NCBI GenBank assembly: GCA_021498095.1
Contig: JAIZWK010000001.1
Coordinates: forward strand, 2,190,001 to 2,222,000
DNA from: Candidatus Harpocratesius repetitus
GTDB taxonomy: Archaea > Asgardarchaeota > Lokiarchaeia > Sigyniarchaeales > Promethearchaeaceae
Length of the DNA: 32,000 nucleotides
Reading direction: 5' to 3'
The position numbers were made by a program, and so were the translations under genes. Positions 18,289-26,248 of this stretch are shown here, piece by piece; the stretch's first letter is position 1; each line of letters begins with the position of its first letter. The notes beneath the pieces are model-generated. The model did not search any database. It was not told the origin of the DNA and worked only from the letters and a program-made list of their open reading frames with translations.

Positions 18289-19032
18289 TTATTGTTTTGC
18301 TTGGTTAGCCACTTTATTCGTTGCTTTTTCGATTTCAGCTTGATCGCCCAAATAATAATGTTTAATGGGTTTAATATTTTCATCCAATTCATAAACAAGT
18401 GGAAATCCAGTTGGAATATTTAAATGAGGTATGTCTTTTTCACTTACATTATCCAAATATTTTACAATTGCTCTTAGACTGTTACCGTGAGCAACAATTA
18501 ATATTTGCTTGTTTTCTTTAATCATTGGGACAATAGTTTCATTCCAATAGGGTAAAACCCTTGCGACTACATCTTTCAAACATTCAGTTGCAGGAAGGTC
18601 TTCTTTTTGTAAATTTTGATATTTTAATTCATGGCTTGGATGACGTTCATCTGAAATTTCCAAAGGTGGCGGAGGAACATCATAACTTCTTCTCCAAATA
18701 AAAACTTGCTCTTGTCCATGCTTTTTTGCGGTTTCTGATTTGTTTAATCCTTGTAATGCCCCGTAATGACGCTCATTAAGCCGCCAATGGCGTATTACAG
18801 GGAGCCACATTATATCTAACTCATCCATCACAATCCACATTGTACGGATGGCACGTTTTAAAACTGAAGTAAAAATAATATCAAATGTAAAACCTTCTTG
18901 TTTTAGAAGCTGTCCTGCGCGCTTGGCTTCTTCATACCCGTTGGTGGATAAATCAACATCTGTCCAACCAGTAAATCGGTTTTCGAGATTCCAAAGACTT
19001 TCTCCATGACGCAAAAATACTATTCTAAACAT
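18289..19032 (-). CDS. gpmA: 2,3-bisphosphoglycerate-dependent phosphoglycerate mutase
   Basis: [52 protein letters not shown] and LNIPTG. Confidence 0.97.
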   Translation of the reverse strand: MFRIVFLRHGESLWNLENRFTGWTDVDLSTNGYEEAKRAGQLLKQEGFTFDIIFTSVLKRAIRTMWIVMDELDIMWLPVIRHWRLNERHYGALQGLNKSETAKKHGQEQVFIWRRSYDVPPPPLEISDERHPSHELKYQNLQKEDLPATECLKDVVARVLPYWNETIVPMIKENKQILIVAHGNSLRAIVKYLDNVSEKDIPHLNIPTGFPLVYELDENIKPIKHYYLGDQAEIEKATNKVANQAKQ

Positions 19033-19182
19033 TGTATGTCTAAATAATGTAAAAAGAACATGATTTTATACATTGCTAGTTAAAATTGATTAATATTTTA
19101 AATCAGTATAGGTTAATTTATCCTATAAATAAGAATTATTTTTCATATTTAATTTAAGTAAATCATTTAATTGGTTTAAATT

Positions 19183-20133
19183 ATGCAAGACATAGCTTTA
19201 AACAGAGAGAATCTTTCACAATCATCTGGAAATATTAAATCTTTTTTACTTTTTCTTTATTTAAGTGAATATTTTGTTTTTGCGTTTTTATTCGATAATC
19301 CAATCATTTTGGTTCTTTTATTTATATTACTTATTATTATTATTTGCATTTTTAAAATTCAAAAAAAAATTGCTATGTTATCCAGAATGATTTTAATTAT
19401 TTCACTTTTTATGATGTTGATCAGTACATTGTTGAATCCAAGTGGAGATCATGTGATTTTTAGTTTATGGGAGCCAAAGCACTTTTTTCCTATAATAAAC
19501 ATAACAATCGAAAATCTTGTTGGAACAGGAATAAATATTCTTCGTTTATGTATTGTATTATATTGCTTTGGGATATTCAATATTCTTATTGATAATGATG
19601 ATTTACTACGAATTTTAATGAAACTCCATATTCCTCATAAAATTATCCTATTAATTACTCTTTCTTTGAAATTTTTTCCATTATTAAATCGAGATTTTAA
19701 CCATCTGCAAGATATTAATAAACTTCGAAGATATTCAATAGAACCTAATAAAAAAAATCGCAGAAGCGACATAAGGATTAAGGGGGAAATCTTACTTCCA
19801 TTACTGACAAATTCGCTAGAAAGATCAATTCAAATCGCTCAAGCTCTTGACGTCAGAGCTTTTGGTTATAGTAAAAAAAGAACCAATTTCTTTCAATATA
19901 AAATTAGTAAATTTGACATTATAGCGATTATAAATTTAATTCTCTTAGGAAGCGGAGTTATTCATCTTTGGATAATTGGATTGTTGGAATTTTCTGTATA
20001 TCCGAGCATTTCCTCAAGTATTTTAACACAGTTGGATTTATTTACAATATTATTCTTATTTGTTCTAAATCTCTTTTTAATTTTATATTTCTCATTCTCA
20101 AAAAAAGATTTTCAGGAGGAATTTAATGATTAA
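19183..20133 (+). CDS. ecfT: ECF transporter transmembrane component (EcfT/CbiQ family)
   Basis: Multi-TM protein with SLKFFP...RR and SLERSIQIAQALDVRAF coupling-helix motifs; overlaps the ATPase start. Confidence 0.85.
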   Translation: MQDIALNRENLSQSSGNIKSFLLFLYLSEYFVFAFLFDNPIILVLLFILLIIIICIFKIQKKIAMLSRMILIISLFMMLISTLLNPSGDHVIFSLWEPKHFFPIINITIENLVGTGINILRLCIVLYCFGIFNILIDNDDLLRILMKLHIPHKIILLITLSLKFFPLLNRDFNHLQDINKLRRYSIEPNKKNRRSDIRIKGEILLPLLTNSLERSIQIAQALDVRAFGYSKKRTNFFQYKISKFDIIAIINLILLGSGVIHLWIIGLLEFSVYPSISSSILTQLDLFTILFLFVLNLFLILYFSFSKKDFQEEFND

Positions 20134-21874
20134 AATATCAAATTTTACTTTTCAATATAATTCTAGTCCAAACCCAATATTAACTAATATAAATCTAAAA
20201 ATCAAATCTGGTGAATTTGTTCTTCTCTTAGGTTCTTCTGGAAGTGGAAAATCGACTTTATTACGTGCATTAAATGGACTAATTCCACATTTTTTTGGTG
20301 GAATATATAAAGGTGAAATTATTATTGATGATAAGAATCCAATTCAATATCCTCCAAATCAATTAGCTCAAAAAATTGGTTATATCTTTCAGAATCCTGA
20401 TAATCAGTTATTAATGGAAAAAGTTTTCTCTGAATTGATATTTGGACTGGAAAATCTGGGCTTTTCCCGAGATGTAATCGAAGATCGAGTTAAATACCAA
20501 ATTTCCCGATTCAATTTGGTTCCTATATTAAATCAAAAAACATATAATTTATCTGGAGGACAAAAGCAAATTGTAGCATTAGCCTCAATTTTAGCTATGT
20601 CTCCTAAGATTTTACTTTTAGATGAGCCAACATCTGAGTTAGATCCATTTGCGCGCGCTCATTTTCTACAGAATCTTTTCAATTTACATGCAACACACCA
20701 ATACACAATAATTATGATCGAACATAATATAGAACATGTAATTGATTATATTGATCGTATCATATATTTAGAACATGGTAAAATTATTTTCAATGGAATT
20801 CCTAAACAATTTTTTAACCAATTTGCAGAAAATTCTATGATCCCTACGACTTCCCTAATCAAATTAGCTTATCAAGTCAAAAAATATGAGAATAGGAATA
20901 ATAATTATTTGAAAAATGAATATCTTCCTCTCAATACACAGCAGTTTTCATCTGAATTTTCAGACTTTTTTCTCGCAAGACAGGAAAAAATTTTATTTAA
21001 TTTCCAGAACCCCTTAAATTATAAGCAAGAATGCAATAATTCAACAAATTACCGTTTAAATGTGAAAAATCTTGAATTATCATATACTTTAACTATCCCT
21101 ATTCTACAGAATATTTCATTTTCTGGTTGTTCTCATGAAATAATTTGTATTATGGGTAAAAATGGGTGTGGTAAAACCACATTATTAAAATCTATTGCTG
21201 GTTTAATCCATCCGACTAATGGAACAATTAAAATTAGTATAGATAAAAAAGAAAATGCTTCAGATTTCCAATCAACATCGCAAATTAGTCTTGTATTTCA
21301 AAATCCTTCCATTCAATTTTATCGAGATAGTGTATATGAAGAATTAGATGCGCAATTACTTCCTTTTTGCAATTCTAAATTAGAGCGTGATAAAAGAATT
21401 GAAAATATTCTAGATTTTTTCGATCTTAAACAATTTAAACTTCAATATCCTCGTTATTTATCATTAGGAGAACAACAAAGATTAGCGTTAGGTTGTGCAT
21501 TAATTACAGAACCTGCAATTTTATTACTTGATGAACCCACTCATGGAATGGATCAAAAACAAAAAGTTCGTCTACTTCAATATATTGAAAGAATTAAGGA
21601 AAAAGGATGTCTAATTTTAATTGCTACCCACGATTTAGAGTTAGTTTCATCTATTGCATCAAAAATTCTGTATTTAGAAGATAAAAAGATTAAATGGCAA
21701 GGAATTCCACAAGAAATTCTCCCTTATTATACTCCATTTACTACTGAAATCAACTCTGCCATGAATCTTATTTTTCAACGACCGACCCCTTTTTTAACAG
21801 TAGAGAACGTTATTGAAGTATTCATGGATGATGCAAAAGAATGTTTTGAGCAGAATGTAATGGATGTGTTGTAA
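20126..21874 (+). CDS. ECF transporter fused duplicated ATPase (A-A')
   Basis: Two ABC cassettes: GSSGSGKS / FQNP / LSGGQ / LLLDEPT / IEH and GKNGCGKTT / FQNP / LSLGEQ / LLLDEPT / ATH. Confidence 0.93.
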   Translation: MIKISNFTFQYNSSPNPILTNINLKIKSGEFVLLLGSSGSGKSTLLRALNGLIPHFFGGIYKGEIIIDDKNPIQYPPNQLAQKIGYIFQNPDNQLLMEKVFSELIFGLENLGFSRDVIEDRVKYQISRFNLVPILNQKTYNLSGGQKQIVALASILAMSPKILLLDEPTSELDPFARAHFLQNLFNLHATHQYTIIMIEHNIEHVIDYIDRIIYLEHGKIIFNGIPKQFFNQFAENSMIPTTSLIKLAYQVKKYENRNNNYLKNEYLPLNTQQFSSEFSDFFLARQEKILFNFQNPLNYKQECNNSTNYRLNVKNLELSYTLTIPILQNISFSGCSHEIICIMGKNGCGKTTLLKSIAGLIHPTNGTIKISIDKKENASDFQSTSQISLVFQNPSIQFYRDSVYEELDAQLLPFCNSKLERDKRIENILDFFDLKQFKLQYPRYLSLGEQQRLALGCALITEPAILLLDEPTHGMDQKQKVRLLQYIERIKEKGCLILIATHDLELVSSIASKILYLEDKKIKWQGIPQEILPYYTPFTTEINSAMNLIFQRPTPFLTVENVIEVFMDDAKECFEQNVMDVL

Positions 21875-21875
21875 T

Positions 21876-22607
21876 ATGAAGAAATCGAGAATAATTCTTT
21901 TCCTTTTAGTTATATATAGTATTTGTTTGCTCGTTTTCCAAGATTTAATAACATGGCGTTTTCTTGGTAGTAAAAATTCTATCTTTGGGATTTTGATAAA
22001 CGTATTCATTATCTTTTTCTTTCTAATCATGGGAGTATATTTCCATTTAGAAGAAAGTACTCTCTCTTCGAAAGAGATTACATTAATCGCCATCTATAGT
22101 GCTTTTACCGCTCTTGCCAGGGTACCATTTGTGGCTTTACCAAGTGTTCAACCTTGCTCTTTTCTAATATTTGTTTCTGGTATTGTATTTGGATCATTTA
22201 TTGGTTTTATGATAGGAGCAAATACTGCCATTTTATCAAATATGTTTTTAGGACAGGGTCCATGGACAATTTATCAAATTATTGCTTGGGGTTTTGTTGG
22301 GATTGTTGGTGGATTATGTCACCCTTTGCATCGTAAACTATATATCAAAAAATATTTGTATTTTCTAGCCATTTTAATTTTCATTTTAGGATTTATTTAT
22401 GGTGGTATAATGAATATATGGTCTTGGCTCTTAAACCCCCCTTTGACCTTAACTTCATTTTTAGTATTGTATCTTTCAAGTTTTCCATTTGATTTGGCAC
22501 ATGCAATCTCTAATTTCACGTTTTTTATTTACTTTGGGGAGAAAACCATAAATATACTAAATCGATATCATGATCGATTTTATCTGCAAATGAATCAGGA
22601 AAAATAA
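21876..22607 (+). CDS. ECF transporter S component, CbrT-like (predicted cobalamin/corrinoid)
   Basis: ARVPFVALPSVQP...SNMFLGQGPWTIYQIIAWG...PFDLAHAISN. The ATG at 21876, 1 nt after the ATPase stop, is preferred to the track start at 21864. The substrate is inferred. Confidence 0.8.
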   Translation: MKKSRIILFLLVIYSICLLVFQDLITWRFLGSKNSIFGILINVFIIFFFLIMGVYFHLEESTLSSKEITLIAIYSAFTALARVPFVALPSVQPCSFLIFVSGIVFGSFIGFMIGANTAILSNMFLGQGPWTIYQIIAWGFVGIVGGLCHPLHRKLYIKKYLYFLAILIFILGFIYGGIMNIWSWLLNPPLTLTSFLVLYLSSFPFDLAHAISNFTFFIYFGEKTINILNRYHDRFYLQMNQEK

Positions 22608-22663
22608 TTCCAAAATTTTTTATTTAGATAAAATTATCTTTCCGTTATTAGTCGTATTTTATC

Positions 22664-22670
22664 GAGGTGA
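22664..22670 (+). promoter_or_regulatory. Shine-Dalgarno site GAGGTGA preceding a TTG start
   Basis: GAGGTGA ends 4 nt before TTG 22675. Confidence 0.65.
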
Positions 22671-22674
22671 GTTT

Positions 22675-23871
22675 TTGAATAATCAATCTTCAAAATTATC
22701 TAAAATTGTATTTATCTTACTAATGATTTCATTTGCTAATGGCTTTTTCTTTGGTTTTCTTTATTCTAATGAGGGTGATTTACGAAATAATCATAAAATT
22801 GAACATCTAAATTCAGAAAATATAAATAAAATGATCCAATCCCCTCTAAAAGCAGATTTAGATAATCCAATAATCGCTGATCATAGAATTGCAAATATAG
22901 TTCGCTTAGATCAAATTCCTGAAACAGCTATTGAGCAGGCTAAACAAGCTCTTCATATTGCTTATCAACACACTTCACATGGATCACAAATTATTAGTGG
23001 TATGAATTATCTTCCAAATTTTAAGGAAAATAATGGGGGAACTCTCGGTTTGTACGCATGGAATGATGGACCTTTAGAAGGGGCTCTTGATATTGATGAT
23101 TACTTTGCAGATGGGGGGGATTTAGGTCATTTAGGTGATTTAACGTGGGCAGAACAAACTAGAACATATTTAGATGATTCTAATCATGCAGATGTTAATG
23201 TAATTATGTGGTCTTGGTGTGGTGGCGTCTCCGATAACACAGAAGAAGGAATAAATACTTATCTAAATGAAATGAATTCACTTGAAAATGAATATCCAAA
23301 TGTTTTATTTATTTATATGACAGGTCACGCAGATGGCTCAGGTCTTGAAGGTAATTTACATATAAGAAACCAACAAATTCGAGATTACTGCATAGCTAAT
23401 AACAAAATTCTCTATGATTTCTATGATATTGAATGTTACAATCCTGATGGAGATTATTTTGGTGATAAATATATGACAGATGCTTGCGACTACGATTCCG
23501 ATGGAGATACATACCCAGATTCAAATTGGGCAGAAGAATGGCAAGAAAATCACACAAAAGATATTGAGTGGTACGAGTGTAGTCCTGCCCACGCTTCAAC
23601 CGCTCATGTAATGGGTAATATGAAAGCATATGCAGCATGGTGGCTTTTTTCAGTTCTTGCAGGATGGAATTCAACTATAACATCAACAACTACTTCTTCA
23701 AGCAGTTCATCAACTTCATCTGATTCAACTAATGATACAAGTAACTCACAAAATGCTGATACATCTGATAATTTATTTGATAATAAACCTGTGATAATTG
23801 GTTTGGGATTTACTATGGGGATGTTTGTTCTTTTGGGAGGTGTGTATAGCTTAATAAAGAAAAATTGGTAA
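22675..23871 (+). CDS. Secreted/surface protein with an SGNH-hydrolase-like domain, Ser/Thr linker and C-terminal membrane anchor
   Basis: N-terminal hydrophobic signal/TM; HTSHGSQ, MWSWCG, IYMTGH, DFYDIE and a DxDxDG loop (DYDSDG); TTTSSSSSSTSS linker; final TM followed by KKNW. The SGNH call is tentative. Confidence 0.7.
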   Translation: MNNQSSKLSKIVFILLMISFANGFFFGFLYSNEGDLRNNHKIEHLNSENINKMIQSPLKADLDNPIIADHRIANIVRLDQIPETAIEQAKQALHIAYQHTSHGSQIISGMNYLPNFKENNGGTLGLYAWNDGPLEGALDIDDYFADGGDLGHLGDLTWAEQTRTYLDDSNHADVNVIMWSWCGGVSDNTEEGINTYLNEMNSLENEYPNVLFIYMTGHADGSGLEGNLHIRNQQIRDYCIANNKILYDFYDIECYNPDGDYFGDKYMTDACDYDSDGDTYPDSNWAEEWQENHTKDIEWYECSPAHASTAHVMGNMKAYAAWWLFSVLAGWNSTITSTTTSSSSSSTSSDSTNDTSNSQNADTSDNLFDNKPVIIGLGFTMGMFVLLGGVYSLIKKNW

Positions 23872-23914
23872 AAAAACAAAAATAAATAGTAAACAAATGA
23901 AGAAAAATTGCATT

Positions 23915-25255
<1,341 letters not shown>

Positions 25256-25462
25256 TTAAAAAACCGATAAAATTTAAGATTTTTCACAGTAATTTCATTA
25301 CTCTAAATACTAAAAGAAATCTAAACCAACAGCAGAAAAAATCAAACACTAAATTTTATATGTTAAAATAATCAAATCTTAAATAATAATTAATTTGGAT
25401 ATACATTAGATCAGGATTAAATGTGATCATCTTAATAAATTTTATAATCGATTGTAAACGAG

Positions 25463-26242
25463 ATGTTTCGTGTGGTTAAAGATAAACTTAATCAAATCAT
25501 TAAATTTCTTTCAGAAGGAATGGATGAACTATCTGATACTTTAGAATCAACTGCCAAAGCAATCAATGCATTTCAAAAATCTTTAGTTAAGGTAAAAAAA
25601 GATCTGAAGCGAGTAAAGGAAATAAAAAACAAAGAAGGAACTACGGCAGTTACAGTGGAAAAAACTGCACCCTTATTAGGGAGATCAAAAGGTAAAGAAG
25701 CTGCAAAAGAGAAAGCTGCCTCGCTTTTATTTAATATGCTTTCTGGTGGAAAAGCGGAGATATCTTCGACTTCTCCAGCTACTGTTTCAAGTTCATCTGC
25801 AGTTAAGACACCTTCTGGATCGCCAAAAGCTGGATCTCCAAGTGGACCACCTAAAGCAGGACCTCCAAGTGGACCACCTAAAGCAGGACCTCCAAGTGGA
25901 CCACCAAAAGGACCTCCAAGTGGACCACCATCAAGTCCTCCTGGAGGAATGCCTGCACCTCCAAAAATGCCTCCCGCAGCATCAAAAGGTTTACCTGCAC
26001 CTCCAAAAATGCCTCCTTCAGGACCTCCTAAAACTGGGCCTTCAGCTCCACCTAGTGGTTTGCCAAAACCTCCAAGTGTTCCTCCTACAAGTCCCCCAAA
26101 AATTACTCCTCCAAGTGCACCTCCATCAGCATCAAGTACAGCTCCAAGTACAGCAGCAGCTTCAAATGCTGGATTAGGAGGTTTGAGGGAGGAAATGTTA
26201 AAGGAATTAGATAGGCTTAAAAAAATAATGCGAGGAACTTAA
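25463..26242 (+). CDS. Proline-rich protein: N-terminal coiled coil, Pro/Gly/Ser repeats and a C-terminal amphipathic helix
   Basis: aa ~4-55 form a heptad-like helix; aa ~117-222 contain GPPSGPPKA and PAPPKMPP repeats; the protein ends LREEMLKELDRLKKIMRGT. Confidence 0.85.
   Translation: MFRVVKDKLNQIIKFLSEGMDELSDTLESTAKAINAFQKSLVKVKKDLKRVKEIKNKEGTTAVTVEKTAPLLGRSKGKEAAKEKAASLLFNMLSGGKAEISSTSPATVSSSSAVKTPSGSPKAGSPSGPPKAGPPSGPPKAGPPSGPPKGPPSGPPSSPPGGMPAPPKMPPAASKGLPAPPKMPPSGPPKTGPSAPPSGLPKPPSVPPTSPPKITPPSAPPSASSTAPSTAAASNAGLGGLREEMLKELDRLKKIMRGT
25832..25930 (+). repeat. In-frame tandem repeat, 27-nt unit GGACCTCCAAGTGGACCACCTAAAGCA (GPPSGPPKA)
   Basis: Units 25832-25858 (1 mismatch), 25859-25885, 25886-25909 (24 nt) and 25910-25930 (21 nt). 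Confidence 0.95.
25952..26016 (+). repeat. In-frame direct repeat, 23 nt identical (PAPPKMPP twice)
   Basis: CCTGCACCTCCAAAAATGCCTCC at 25952-25974 and 25994-26016. Confidence 0.9.
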
Positions 26243-26248
26243 TTAAAA

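Noticed and set aside
19033-19182. Cobalamin riboswitch upstream of the ECF operon
   Set aside because: The region is too short and AT-rich, with no B12-box-like sequence or stems.
25832-25930. CRISPR-like array
   Set aside because: The units are contiguous without spacers, are in frame within a CDS, and no cas genes are present.
25746-26177. 143-aa alternative-frame ORF with LQVDHLKQD repeats
   Set aside because: It is the +1-frame shadow of the Pro-rich repeat. CCT/CCA-rich codons avoid stops in that frame, and there is no SD site or independent evidence.
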